This document shows positions 24,386 to 38,575 of a stretch of 64,000 nt of DNA, one piece after another. Under the pieces are notes generated by a model, which searched no databases, was not told the DNA's origin, and worked only from the letters and a program-made list of their open reading frames with translations. The stretch's first letter is position 1. Every line of letters begins with the position of its first letter. The DNA is from Narcine bancroftii (taxonomy: Eukaryota), in NCBI RefSeq assembly GCF_036971445.1, contig NC_091477.1:5208001-5272000 (forward strand). Reading direction: 5' to 3'. The translations under genes were made by a program, and so were the position numbers.

Positions 24386-26500
24386 TATCCAGGACACCTT
24401 CAACCTTTGTCTCATTTGCAAACTTACTGAAACATCCTTCCACTTCTATGTACAGGTCATTTATAATCATCCCAAAGATCACGGGTACAACGACAGATAA
24501 CTACAGAACTCGATTAGCTACTGATTACTAGGATGAATAGGTGTCATATACTACTGCACTCTGCTTTCTGCAGGCAAGCCAATTCTGAATCTACACAGCT
24601 ATGATTCCATGCACCTGATATCTCTTGACTCTCTGAATGGATTTAGCATGGGGGCCTTCGTAAAACCTTTTTTCTAAATCTATGTACCCCTTATCAACAT
24701 CCACAAAAAAACATGGTTAGGCACTTGAGTCAAGTCCTGTTCCTCAAAAAGCCACAGTGATTATCTCTGGGAGGAATATTCTCTAACTTCTCATATCGTG
24801 TTCCGAAGAGTCCTCTCCAATAATTTTCCCACGTCTATAATTCTCAGGATTCAACCTACATTTTTTAACCAAGTGGACTACATTTGCTATTTGCAATCCA
24901 TTGGGAAGACACAAAGACCATTGCCCACGCCCCAGCAATCTATTCTCTTGCTTGCTGCAGTAAATTGGGCATATTGCATCTGGTCCTGGAGACTTATTAG
25001 TCTGAATGCTTTAAATAAGATCCAGCACCCCCTTTCGTAACCTCAACATGCTCCAGCACATATGTTAGCTCTATACTGATCTCATAGTCGACCATTGTGT
25101 GTTTTTACAATGAAGCAAAGTGTTCATTTCGAACTGTCCCTACCTCCACTTTGTCCAGGCACACGTCACCCCCCCATCCTTAAATGGCCCTACCTTCACT
25201 CTAGCTATTCTACTGTTCTTTGTATATACACATTTGCCATTTATCATACATGCCAAGGCCTTATTCAGCCTCCTTCTTCTTCTCCCAAGTACTCTCGTGT
25301 TTCTTCCTGATTGCTATAGAATTTTCGTGAGTCTTTCCTAACTTTTGTTTCACCAACCTTATATATGCATCCTTCTTCCTGTTATCTAGCTGTCTCGCCA
25401 TTTTGTCAACCATGGTCCCCTTATCCTACGATATTTTCTTTGTCTGAATGGGACAAACCTCTCGCTAAACCAGCTCAAATTGCCCATAAACATCCTCCAC
25501 CATGCCTCTGTGCTTTACCCTGAGAACATCTGTTCTCATTTTTGCTCACCCGAGATCCTGCCTAGCCCCTTCATAATTATCCCTTCCTCAATTAGACACT
25601 TTATCATTTTATCCACTCCTTTCCTTGTCCCCTAGCTGTTCAAAACGTCAGGGTGTTATGGTCATCGCCACCGAAATGCTTCCCCACCAAGAGGTATGTC
25701 ACATGACTAGTACTGATCATGACCAGTTCTAGATACAGTATGGCTTCTCCTCTAATCAGGTTGTTCACACATTTTCTGAAGAATTCTTGGCAACACCTGA
25801 CAAATTCTGCCTCTCCTGTCCCTCTTGTATCACAGTGATTTCAGTCAACATTCTGGAACTTATATATAACAGCAAATAACAGCCTGTCATTTGAATAACC
25901 TAGACAAGTCCCAATACAATGATCGCTCTCTTCCTGTTTCTGACTTCCATCTGCATTGATGCACCCCTTTCAGCAACAATGATACCACCATCCCTAATTT
26001 GTAATGATACTCCTCCTCTTTTACCTCCCTTCTAATCACATTCTAAACGTCTAGACATTGGTACCTCTATCAGTGGGTCCTGAACTGAAGCCATCTAAGT
26101 CTCCGTCTCAGCCACAACATCATAATTGCACCTACTGCTCCATGCTCTAAGTTCATGTTACTTATTCCTATTACTTTTTGCATTGAGCTAAACACATTTC
26201 AGTCCTTCCAAATGACTACATTTTTGATCCGTCCACTGTCTGTCCATCTTCTCAATCTCACTACACATTCCATCAACCTTTGAACCTCTCTGTCCTACCC
26301 CCTGCCAAACGACATTGACCACTTTGCCACAGCTGTAGAAAGGCTTTCAGCCAGGACATTCATTCTCTTCCAGTTGAGGTAAAACCCCTCCTTTTTGAAC
26401 TGATAATATCTTCCTCAAAATAGATGCCAATCCTTAGGAAATCTGAAGCACTGACCCCTGAATCAATTATACAGCCAAACATTCATCTGACATATTATCC
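24386..26500 (-). mobile_element. CR1 LINE fragment, inverted
   Basis: Minus-strand INDLYIEVEGCFSKFANETKV (ORF 24174..24482); extended similarity to the minus-strand CR1 at 35-37.9 kb. Confidence 0.7.
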
Positions 26501-27475
26501 TTGATAGATGTGGAATCAAGGGGCTACTGGCTGTTTGTATTTAGAATGGCTTGAAGGCAGAAAGCTGAGGCTGGTAATACATAGAGCAGAGCATATTTTA
26601 CCTGAAGGTCGGTGATGAATCATGTACTGCAGAGATGTGACATGGGACCCCTGCTCATTGTGGGATTTATTAATGACGTGGATGAAGAGGCTCGTCTATA
26701 AGTTTGCAGATGATACAAGGTTGAAGCTGCTCTGGACAGTATACGAAGTTGCCTGGTTATAACATGATATAAGCAGGATGCAGAGTTGGGCCGACAAGTG
26801 GAAGATAAAGTTAAATTTGAATGTTGAAAATTATTCACCTTAAAAGGTTGAACTCGAAGACAGAGTAGGTGACTAATAGCAGCATTCTTGACAGCATGGA
26901 GGAACAGAGGGATCTTGGAATCCTGTACAATATATCCCTTCAGGATATTGCACGCGTTGGTTGGTTGGTTAAGAAGACATTGAGTTCTGGCCTTCCTGAG
27001 TCCGGTTCAGTTCTGATTGCGTCATTACAGTGTGCATGCTTTGAGAGGGTGAATAGGAGATTTATCAGCATGAAGCGTGGATTGGTGAATATGTCATATG
27101 GAGCAGGATTGACCGTGACTTTCTCTTTAGAGTGATGATGAGAGATAACTTAATCAAGGTTTATTTGATTATGAGGGACAGAGATTAGGTAGATAGACAG
27201 TTTTCTGTGAGCAACAGTACCATATACCATTAGACATCTGGATAAGTGGAGGAAAGTTTAAGGGAGATGTCAGAGGTACCCGATTTTATATGGAGAATAG
27301 AGGGTACCTTTCCGGATGTAGTGGTTCAAACTGTTACAATATGGACAATTTAAATACTGTAATATCGGCAAGAAAAATAAAGGTCTATAGCTATTTGTGG
27401 TATGAAAGAATTAGATTGTGATAGCGTAGATTTACATAGGTAAGCAACTGTGCTATAAATATCTTATGTTCTATG
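26500..27475 (+). mobile_element. CR1 LINE RT 3' fragment
   Basis: KFADDT, MEEQRDLGI remnants; TTATGTTCTATG tail. Confidence 0.7.
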
Positions 27476-27849
27476 TTTTGTGATGTATTGTAGTACGCCG
27501 TGTTTCAACATATAACACTGAGCTAATTCTTCTCTTTTGCCTAGACATAATTGCTACTGAGAAATTGTTGTGAGCGACCTTCTTAATCCACTGAAATTTG
27601 TGAGAATAGAACGATCATGCCCTAATTTATTCGAATGAATGGAAGACTTTTGATTCAGTGATAATGAGTAGACAATTGTGCATCTTAATGTCAGGTAACG
27701 TCAGGCAAGTGTCGCCCCAATTGAATCCACAGATCTGTATTTCAACAGGAAATATATCATCAAAAATAAAATACTTTCTAACTTTGTACAGTGTTTCCAA
27801 AGTTAAGAATCAAGCAAATAGAGAAGTTTTTGGAAACAAATGCATGACA

Positions 27850-28250
27850 GATAATCCATATAAATTTAGGGAGGATAAGAGGGGACTTGATTGAGGTACT
27901 ATTATGAGAGACCGAGAAACACTGGACAGCCAGTACATTTTTGTCCAGGTGACAATAGGAAGAACGCATGTAAGGTGAGTGGAGAAAAGTTTGAGGGGTG
28001 ACGTCAGGGCTACGTTTTTTTGTGCAGAAAGTGGTAGGTGTCTAGAATGGTGGTGGTGGAGGCTGGCATAATCGGGACAATTGAAATATTATGAGATTGC
28101 CATATGAACAGTACAGTACGAACAGTAGAGGTTAAAGGTTTGTGATGGGGAATGATTAAATTGATATACAGTAAATTTATAAAGATCGACACTTCATGGT
28201 CCGGAGGGCTCATGCTGTGCTGCAGTACTCTGTTCAATGTTCTCTGTGTT
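27850..28250 (+). mobile_element. CR1 LINE 3' terminal fragment
   Basis: GAGGGGACTTGATTGAGG ... GTGCTGCAGTACTCTGTTCAATGTTCT tail; matches other CR1 ends. Confidence 0.65.
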
Positions 28251-30435
28251 CCTAATCTAACAACACGTACATATAATTTATATGCATAGTTTAGGTTTAG
28301 TTGAAAAATTAAATTATAAATGTTGGTGCAACAAAGGCAGTGCTTGTCATATCTGTGGTTACATTGTGCTGGAGATGGCCAATGCACAACCTTCTCAGAT
28401 ATAAATAATAAGTCACTTAATAGTCAAATCCCAAATACTCTTTAGGTTTAAGTCGCGTGGAAACAGACTCATTCGTTATCAAATGCTAACCCACATTGTG
28501 GGCTCAACGGCAAGGCTCCTCCTCCTCTTCATGTCGGTGTCTTGTTGTACACTGTTCTAATGAATTCTGCCACTGTATCTTCGTTTAAAGGTTATTGGCC
28601 TTTATGAATGTTAAGCACCTGCAACCATCTTTTCTTTCAAGTAAGTGTCACAGAACTGGCTAGTTTTTTTTAGCCATTTTCAGTAGTCCTTGATAGAGGT
28701 GGTGTGACAAACCTCAACTGTTGTTGTTTTTCTCTCGTGACCTTTTCTTGAAATACCATTACTAAATAAATTATAGAAGTTAAATGTAATGTCAATGAAA
28801 CAAAAATATGCTTACTTCCACTTCAAGTTTCATGGGCGTGCAGAGGAACGAATGATGTGGCGTGGCACCAAATATAATTAAAGTTTTAAAATATGATTTT
28901 ATTTGAATGACTTGTGCCTCTCGCCATTGATGGTATATCGTGAGATTTTCTCGGGGCTCTATGATGCCATGCGCAATCAAACACTGTATTCAAAATCCAC
29001 CAATGTCGATAATGGTAAAAACAATGAGATATTGTCTGCAGCATTGAGATAAAATGCGTATTCACAAAGAAATTTAAATAGCTTTTTCGTGGAGGTTTCA
29101 CAATAAGTTCCATCCATATTGATATCTGGTAAAGGATTGATGTGACCACACTTCGTGGATTTGGATTTCCTGCTGATATGGACATTATTTGCAATGCTAC
29201 ATCGTTTGGAATGCGCAAAAGTTTTGTAATTTTACTCTAGTTTATTGAGCAGAAGGATATCGAATTATTTAGAACCATAGCCTGGATTAAATAAGGCGTG
29301 AAACCTTTAATTTATAAATAATATAGATATTGTCATTGGAGGTTCACAAATTTTACAATAAAGTTGGAGAAATAATAAACATTTGAAAATAATGTTTTCC
29401 TGATTTCCTTGATATAAAATAGTAGACCCGAAGGGATAATGGGATTAAGTAAGCCTGCATTTTAATGCATGTTAAAAAAAAATGTTTCAAATTTACCGCT
29501 AAATCCAGAATATTTCCCAATCCCAATATCACTGAACACCACACGGCGCCCAACACTGCAGCTAGTCCTTGCTGCAATCCACAGAGAATTTCTCCGGTGA
29601 ATTGCTATTTCGATCTCGTACCCCTGGTAGATGTGATGCTTGATCTCAGATCTCATTGGTTTAATTGGTCATTACATGGTGACCGACAGAAGTCATGATA
29701 TAATACCACACTTTTTCTCACCCTTCACGTTTTAGTGAGAATCTGCTGTCAAAGATATCTTACCCCTGCCGCATTCAGAAAGCTTCCCATCCAAGACAAG
29801 TTTCAGGAGGACACCGCATCACAAACACTCCATCCTCGATATTATCAGTCCTGTGGTATAAGGACCAGGTTTGGTCATTGCGGTTGGCATGGCGAGACAG
29901 ACTGGTCCAATTTTAAGAGTGGAGATGAATTTAACGGTAAAAATAATTATTTTCGTAGAAGATATTCATTTTAATTTAAGGGAAGTTGTTGCCGATAGCT
30001 ATTACAGAATAGAAAATTGTCGATATAATTAATTAATTCTATATTCAAGGAGAGCAGGAAAAATGAAAATAACGTTAATCAAGCTTCAGAATTTACAAGG
30101 AATAATTTGCGCGTTATGTTTTAATTGGAAGTTTTGTGCATGATGTAGAGATCATGACCTCATTTATGTAAAGTTAGAGAATATACTTTTGTCGATGATC
30201 CAACTGGACAAAAACTATTACGAAAGGAAGAAAAACATTTGGGATATGAATTGCAAATTCATGATAGAAGAAAAAGAAATTTGATTTTTGGCATTCTGAG
30301 TTAGTTGTTCATTTTGATGGAGATGTTGTTAACATTTTTTCAGGTTTGTTATTCAGTGCGGTTAATGTTGAAATTACGGTTCTATGAGTAGATTCTCAAA
30401 AATTCTGAACCATCCAAACAGCTACAATGAATTTC

Positions 30436-30586
30436 GGTTGTACAGCAAAAAATAAATCAGCTATGTATCAATGTAAGCACTTCTTGCTTTAAGAAATTAG
30501 CTGTCCTCCGATTGGTACTTTGTGACTGCTACGTTATTTACCAATCAGAAGCTGAGATGTGGCTGGTGATCTGCACAACCCCCTTC
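30436..30586 (+). promoter_or_regulatory. Variable-exon 4 promoter module
   Basis: GCTTTAAGAA 30486-30495; ATTGG 30511; ACGTTATTTACCAAT (degenerate CGCT box) ending 30545; GTGATCTGCACAACCCCCTTC 30566-30586. Confidence 0.85.
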
Positions 30587-30823
30587 ACTACACAGCCGCC
30601 ATCACTTAAGACCAGATGCCGTGCAAACTGGGTATCAAGCAGCGTCCGAGCATTTTGCACGGTTCAAGTCGAGGGTCAACGCAACAGAAGATTTAAATGA
30701 AATCAGTGAAAAAAAATCGCAAGGTATAGGCATCTTCTGCATTGTATTTGCCTCATTTTAAATGAAATTGCTGTTTAAAGGCATTGTCTCTGGTTAAAAC
30801 CATTGGAATGATTTCTCCTGGAA

Positions 30824-33286
30824 ATGAGAGATAATATACATTGGCTGTTGAAATACCAACTATTTGGCTGTTTGTTCGGCCACTGGAATCTCATTTCTGG
30901 GCAGGTTCGATATTCTGTTCCTGAGGAACTGCAACCGGGTGCCTTTGTTGGCGATATCGCATTTGATTTGGGTTTAGATTTAAAGCAGCTCTCGGCTCGC
31001 AGTTTGCGGGTTGCGCCCAGTCCAAGGAAGCAGTATGTTGATATAAATTTGGAGAATGGGAATTTATTTGTGAATGAAAATATCGACAGGGAACAACTTT
31101 GCGGAACGAGGAACGATTGTATTTTATCCTTGAACGTTGTCCTTGAAAATCCCCCCACCCTTCACCAAGTGGAAGTGGAGATTCTCGATGTAAATGACAA
31201 CGCCCCCAGTTTCCCTAAAAGCCAGGTCCGCCTTGAAATCTCAGAGATCATGGCGCCGGGAGCGCGGTTTCCTCTGGAGGTTGCACGCGATCCGGACATT
31301 GGAACAAACTCCTTGCAGACGTACCAGCTCCTTCCGAGTGAATATTTTATTCTTGATGTACAAACGCGCAGTGGGAAAAGAAAGTTACCGGTGTTGGTGT
31401 TGCAGAGGCCTTTGGATAGAGAAACATTGCCAAGACACGACTTAACGTTGCTCGCCGAGGACGGAGGAGTCCCTGTAAGATCGGGTAAGCTTCGGGTAAC
31501 TATCGAAGTACAGGATGCCAACGACAACATTCCTGTTTTCTCGCAGTCGGTTTATCTGGTGAGCCTGCTGGAATCAACTCCCACCGGTACACTGATCATT
31601 AAGTTAAACGCCACTGATTTGGACGAAGGGACCAATGGGGAGATAACGTACATGATCAGTAGCCATAGTTCTGAAAATGTTCCTGAATTCTTTCATGTCA
31701 ATTCGAAAACTGGTGAAGTCAGGCTGAAAAAGCGCTTGGACTATGAGCAATGCAAGTTTTTTGAAATTAATGTTCAAGCAGTTGATAATGGCCCGAACGC
31801 AATGCCTCAACAGTGTGATGTGTTGGTAAATGTTACTGATGTGAACGATAACGTTCCTGACATGACATTGACATCTTCGTCAAGTATTGTGTCAGAGAAT
31901 GCCTCAGTTGGAACGGTAGTGGCTCTACTCCACGTGGAGGACAAAGACGCTGAACAAAATGGGCAAGTACAGTGTCACATTTCAGGTAACCTGCCGTTTA
32001 AGCTGGATTCGACTTCGGAAAACTTTTCCAGACTGATTATACAGCGTACCCTGGATCGCGAAACTATCTCCAGGTATGACATTACCATAACATGCACAGA
32101 TGCAGGGAATCCCGCTCTAACAGCCAAGGAAACGCTTCGTGTAATTGTTTCAGATGTAAATGACAATGCTCCAATGTTTACGCAACCAGTGTATACGGTC
32201 AATATCGTGGAGAACAACGTTATTGGGGCTTCAATATCATCTCTGACTGCTCTTGATCCAGATGTAGGGCAGAATGCGCGACTGAACTTTTCTATGTTGC
32301 CATCTAACGTTTATAACACTTCAATTGCCTCATATATCTCTGTCAATCCAAAGAGTGGCGTTATACTTGCTCAGAGGTCGTTTGACTACGAACAATTGAA
32401 AGAATTCAAGATTTACGTTCAGGTGCATGATTCTGGACTTCCACCGCTCAGCAGTAACGCATTGGTGCATATAATTATAGTTGATCAGAATGATAATGCC
32501 CCGGTGATCGTGAATCCTTTGCCCAAATATGGATCAACGGCGATAGAAACAATATCCCGGTTTGCAGAACCTGGATACCTAGTTGTCAAGGTTTCAGCAA
32601 TTGACGCCGACGTCGGTCAGAATGCTCGTCTCTCTTACCATATTTCTGAGGCAACTCATCGCAATCTCTTTACAATCTCAGCAGATACGGGGGAAATCTG
32701 GACAATCCGTGGTGTTGGGAGTAGAGATTCTTCCAAACAAAGATTGGTGATTTTCGTAAAAGATCACGGAATTCCACCACTTTCAGCCTCAATAACTATT
32801 GTACTCTATGTGAATGGAGGAGAAAATTTCTCAAGTGCCACCAGTTTATCTGAAGATCTTTATTTCTCTCCTGGTCTAAACTTTTACCTGGTCATTGCCC
32901 TGGGAACAACTTCTATCGTTTTCCTGCTGATTCTAATTATCCTCACTGTTAAAGTTTATAAACACCCAAATAATGATGGACACACATACTGTTCTCAGAA
33001 TCATTGTTGCTGTTTTGAAACAAGAAATTCTCTGAATGGAATTCAAAAGGCCAGTAGAAGTCTTCAGATACCACCAAATTATGTTGAGGTTTTCGGAGGT
33101 GATCCACTTTCTCAGAGCTTTCGTTACGAGTCATGTTCAACATTGCATTCCAACAAAAGAGACTTCACAACTCCTCAAACATATAGTATGTCTACAGCTG
33201 TTCAGTACACCCAGAAGAATCCTGATGGGAATTTGAATGCACGAGTGGCAGAGCCTGAAGAATCAAATGAGACTGTAAAATTTAAG
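30824..33286 (+). CDS. Pcdh: Clustered protocadherin variable exon 4
   Basis: 833-aa ORF 30824..33325, six EC repeats, CGTRNDC, TM. Phase-0 donor AAG|GTGAGC after 33286 (821 codons). Confidence 0.95.
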
Positions 33287-34084
33287 GTGAGCTTCCAAAG
33301 AGAACAAAAATCGTCAAATCATTAAATTGGAAACAAACATACATTTGGGAAATGTGGGTCGTTTTAGTTACAGTTACTGACATCACTAGGTGGAAAATCT
33401 TGCTGCGTTTACTGCTTACAGACAAGCTGCCAAATTTCTTTATATTTTACAGTACACATAATTGTAGCGATTATTAGTAAATTGAAAACATTTATCCAAT
33501 GCCCTGGGATCCTTCTGATTATCTTGATGCCTTTGCAGCTCTCTAGCCCCCATCCCCATTCACTTTATCTTCTCTGTGACAATTACAAACATGCAGTTTA
33601 AAGTGCAAGTTGCAGACACAATGAAAGTTAACCTGGTAGATGTTTTGAAACATGGTATTTGTTATACTACATGGTGTTCTATGGTATTTGAAAGCAAAAT
33701 AGTGTTGCCAGCCAGGTCATTAAAATCGATTGGTTCATTTCTTGTCACTCTCTTTGGAGCGCAGTCATCCCATGCATAGTTTTTATATCCTGTTATTAAT
33801 AAGGGTAGAATGTGCACAACAAATGGAGGTCTCCAGGAACATTTGGGTAACATAGTAACCTTAGCATTCAAGTCCACGTATTTTTCAAGGTGAAGAAGGC
33901 ATGTGGGGTTCCGGGTTTAATTTGCCATGGGGTATGCTATACGACCATGGAGGCTATGGTACAGTTTTGTACAATATTAGCTAGGCAATCACTAAATTAT
34001 AAGAAATTGTGGTCAATGTAAGATAAAAATATGTGATTGCACTGGAAGGTGTAGAAAACATTCGTTACGACATTAAAGACGCAA

Positions 34085-34895
34085 GATTCTTTTATTGTAT
34101 AATAGTACAGTACATGTAATATTAAACGAAATTGTCTTCTATCTGTCGTAAGGCAGACTAAGAGTCACCATTAATGTTATCTGGCACCCCTTATTGTAGA
34201 TTATAGAGTAAGAGAGAGAGAGAAGTAAAAGGCATTCTCTTCGGGTTCACTGAGTGTCCGTGGATTCGACTCCAGCGCTCCTGCAGCCTCTGCAACAGCG
34301 CAGATTCCTGGCGATAGGTCGGCAACCCCAACTCCAGATCCAAACCTCCAATATGAGGAAGCCTTCAGTGACCGAAGCCCTTCGGGTCCATTGTTGCCCT
34401 CAGCACCCTCTCGAATCCCAGCTTCCTGTACCTGGTTCCCATAAGCCGCCTCCAGCAGGCCGTGAAGGTCGGCCATCTGCAAGTTGCCCGCAGTCTGTGT
34501 GGGTCCTTCAGCCGCGAAGCCCCTCGCTGGTCCGCTGCTGTGGTCACCGTCCTGTAGAGTCGTCGCCTCCTGATTCTCCTTCTCAACGGAGGGAAGGGGG
34601 GGGGGTGCTCTCCCCGTTTCTAGTACTCTGTGCTGGTCCGTTCCAAACCTCCCCCACACTCCTCCTCACCTGCAGTCTACATGCTGTCGAGGGTAAGGCG
34701 TCGCCATCTTGGGCACAGATGCCGCGGTTGCAGAATTTTACAAACACCGTCGGCTCCTTTAGCAGGTCGTTTAAGGCCTATAAGTAGTTACCGCCATTGG
34801 GACCAAGCGGTTAAATTCTGAGGAGTCTGCTCCCCTGGCTCTGCGCCCGCGGCTGCTCTGCGGTTGCAGCATCTCCGACACGCGCCGCCAATTTT
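34085..34895 (-). mobile_element. GC/CpG-rich non-autonomous retroelement-like repeat
   Basis: Minus strand begins AAAAATTGGCGGCGC and contains AAGATGGCGAC (YY1-type); ends in an ACAATAAAAGAATCT tail like the LINE 3' ends in this window. Sharply more GC-rich than its flanks. Confidence 0.5.
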
Positions 34896-35029
34896 TTATC
34901 TGGACGAGAGTTTCAGAAAAGACTGGAGGGTCTAAGGTTAATTTCCTCGGAAGGTGTTGTTGGAGGGCTTGATCGAGGCAAGAACATGGTAGACAATGGA
35001 TACATTTTCCCATGTAAATAATACCAAAG

Positions 35030-37900
35030 ATATTTGGAATTCTTGAATGCTACTAGTCTCTTCTTTCTTCCTACTAACCCATTTTTAAAATCCACACAAC
35101 CAATGTTCCACTGATCCCTTGACTCATGACTTTCTGGATGAGTCACTTGTGGGAAACCTTGTCAAATACCTTGCTCAAATCTATGTTGATCACATCTACC
35201 ACCCTACCCTCATCCATTTCTTTTGTTACCTCCTCAAAAAATTCAAGTAGACTCCTGAGATAAGACTTTCCCTTCCTTTGAAAAGACTGTATAAATGCTC
35301 AGAGATTCCATTCTTAAGAATTCTCTCCATTGGTTTGCCCACCTCTGGCAGAACTCACCAGTCTATAATTCTAAGAATTCTCCCTCACTGTGATCAGGGT
35401 CTTTTTCTCTTGAGAAGTCTGAAGCCAAGTATTCATTTAGGACCTCCACAACCTCCTCTGCATCCGGGTACATGTTGCCTCCTTTTTCACATAGTGCTCC
35501 ACCTTCATTCTCACCATCCTTCTGTTCTTCACATAAGCATAAAACGCCTTGGGGTTCTCCTCAAATTTACATACCAAGGCCTTCTCATGCCTCCACCAAG
35601 CTATGCTAAATCCTTTCTTAAGATCCTTCCTCGCTACTATAAACTTCTCATGAGCCCGTCATGTTTCCTGCTACTTATATCTAATGTATGCTTTCTTCTT
35701 CCAGACTAGTTTCTTGATCTGTTTCGGCAGCCACGGTTCCCATTTCCTATCAGTTTTTCCGTTATCCTAATGGGACAAACCTATCTTGAACCCTGCACAT
35801 ATGGTCCCTAAACTTCCTCCACATTACTTCTGTGCTTTCACCCTTAAACGTCAGTTTCCTATTTATTCTGGCTAGTTCCTGCCTCATTCCTTCATAATTA
35901 TTCCTTCCCCAGTTAATCAGGGAAACAGTTTGACTGTTGTCATCTTTTTCCGTGGATATGTTGAAGCTAAGGGAGTTGTGGTCACTCTCACCAAAATGCT
36001 CCCCCACCAAGAGATCTGCCACCTGACCAGGTTAATTCCCCAGAACCAGATACAGTCTGGCCTGAACTCTAGTTGTCCAGTCCACACACCCTGTCAGAAA
36101 TCCTTCTTGTACACAGCACCATTTACCCCTTTAGCAGTCAGTAGGTGCCAGACAATATTAGGGAAGTTGAAATCACCCATAACTACAACCCTGTATTTCC
36201 TGCACCATTGTAAAACTTATCTGCTTATCTGCTCCATTCTGTCCCGATGGCTACCTGTGGGCCTATAGACTACTCCCAGCACAGTGATAGTTCCCTTCCT
36301 ATTGCTGACTTCCACCCACGCCGATTCAGTGGACACTCACTCTGCAGCATCCTCCCTTTCTATAGCCGTGATACTATCCTTGACCACTAATACTACCCCC
36401 TTTCGACCTCCCATCCTATTATTTTTAAAACATCTAACCCCCCGTATCTGCATCAGCCAATCTTGCCTTCCTCCAGCCAAGTTTCAGTAAAGGCCGCCAC
36501 ATCGTAATTCCACGTACTGATCCATGCTCTAAGCTGATCCCTTTTATTTGTATTATTCCTGGCGTTGGAATAGACACATATCAGTTCCTCTCTCTACCTT
36601 TATATTTTGTCCCCTGCCTGTCCTTCTTCACAAACGCAGTTCACCATGCATCATGGTTTTGTCCTTCTATTCTCATTTCTGCACTCACATTCTGAATCCC
36701 ACCCCCTGCCGATCTAATTTAAATCCTCTCTAACAGCTCCAGCATATCTGCCGCTAGGATATTGGTCTCCTTCCAGTTCATCTGAACCCCTGCCCACTGC
36801 ACCAACTCTTCAGCCACGCATTCAACTGCTACAACTTACTTTTCCTACCCTCTATGATGCTTAGCATAGGCAACATTCCTGAAATTACCACCATGCAATC
36901 TTGCTTTTTAACTTCTTTCCTTACTCCTTATATTCCCTCTTCAGGACCTCATCCCTTCTCATATCTATGTCATTGGTCTCCACGTGGACAACAATATCAG
37001 GCTGCTCCCTCTCGAATGCTATGAACGCAATCAGAGACATACCCGACCCTAGTACCTGGGAGGAAACATACAATGCCGGAGCCTCGATCCTGTTCACATA
37101 TCAGCCTATCTGCTCTCCCAACAAATGAGTCCCCAATTACCATAGCTTTCCTTTTCTCCCCCTTCACCTTTGAGCCGGGGGGGGGGGGTGTTGGTGGAGG
37201 GGAGGGGGAAGCCTCTGCGCCAGAGATATAACCAGCTCGCTTTCCCTGGTACATCGTTCCACCCCCCACCCCCACCCCCGCCCCCCCCCACCAGCACAAA
37301 GTATCTAAAAGAGTATACCTGTTGAGGGAACAGCCAGTGGTTGTTCTGCTCTTTCTGTCTGTTATGTTTCCCTCTCCTAATTGTCGTAGTTACATATCTC
37401 CTGAATTTTAGGGGTGACTGCCTTCCTGAAACCACTGTCGATTAAACCTCTGCCTCCCTTAATATCCAAAGTTAATCCAGATCCATCTCCAGTTCCATAA
37501 CCCGGTTTGTCAGGGAGTTGCAGCTCGATGCACCTAATGCAGGCGAAGTCATCAGGAACAAACGTGCTGTCCCTGACTTTCCACATCCTAAAATCGGAGC
37601 ACTGGACAGCCCTAACTTCTCCCTCTATTACCTACTCCTAAGTCAATTAATGAAATTAATGAAAGAAACGGAGCAAGGTCTTCCTCAGCCTCTGCTCGCA
37701 AAGCCTCTCGAGACAAAGCCTCAAAACTCCTCCACTATGCTACACACAAGCTCGCTCCTTTTTTGCTAGACTCCTTTTATTTGTCCATGCTAATTATCGC
37801 ACTCATTCCCACGAATAAACTCTGTTTAACCCTTCAGTTAGCAGTCACCTCAGCTGCTTCCCTGCACTCACCGCTCTCCTGTCGTTCCCTCCTCTTCCTC
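35030..37900 (-). mobile_element. CR1 LINE 5' half: ORF1 (zinc-finger plus SGNH-esterase remnants) and ORF2 endonuclease
   Basis: ORF 37377..37586 MWKVRDSTFVPDDFACIRCIELQL; ORF 36997..37299 MVIGDSFVGRADRLIC...VCFLPGTRVGYV (GDS esterase motif); ORF 35762..36022 VGEHFGESDHNSLSF (APE SDH motif). Confidence 0.85.
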
Positions 37901-38575
37901 CTGCTACTTCGACGGCCACTCGTTCAAAATGTCCCGACTCCCCTCTCCCTGCTCCTATAGAAGTTGACTCACCTCAGTAGGTGCACATATATCTTTTTTT
38001 TCTAACTAAGTACATAAACTTGGCTTTAATGGAAAACGAGTGATTTTAGTTTCCAATATGTAATTATTTGTAAACTAAGATCAATGAATGTTTTGGTGAT
38101 TTTAAAAAGTTGAAAATAAATTATGTAATGGACTAATATTCAAGTCATGCAAAGAACAATGCCATTATACAAATTGAGGTTGTGCATTCAAAATATTACA
38201 TGTTTAAAATGTGAGATATATCTTTCAACAAATGCTGACAAAGCAAATCAGTTCTTATAGAATTTTTGTCATTCTTACAGAGTTCCAACACCTGCATATA
38301 TTTATTGGTGTTCGAACACCTCAGTAAAATGTATAATTAATTCATAGGTGTGAGTCTATCTTCAAGATTATAACCAAGAAGGAATAATGAATGAATCGTT
38401 ACCTAAAAAATAGAAAATGATACTTGACCACAATGATTTTTCATATATTTTCCTTTTCCTAATCTAAATTGTATCTTCATTCTTGATCTTTAGTTTATTA
38501 GATTCCAAAATTGGGATAATTAAAAAATAATAAATGGGACAGAAAATAAATATCAACAAGGCTCAAAGAAATTTT

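Noticed and set aside
34201-34787. 152-aa and 177-aa ORFs in the GC-rich island
   Set aside because: Low-complexity Pro/Ser/Ala-rich translations expected from GC-rich repeat DNA; no recognisable domain.
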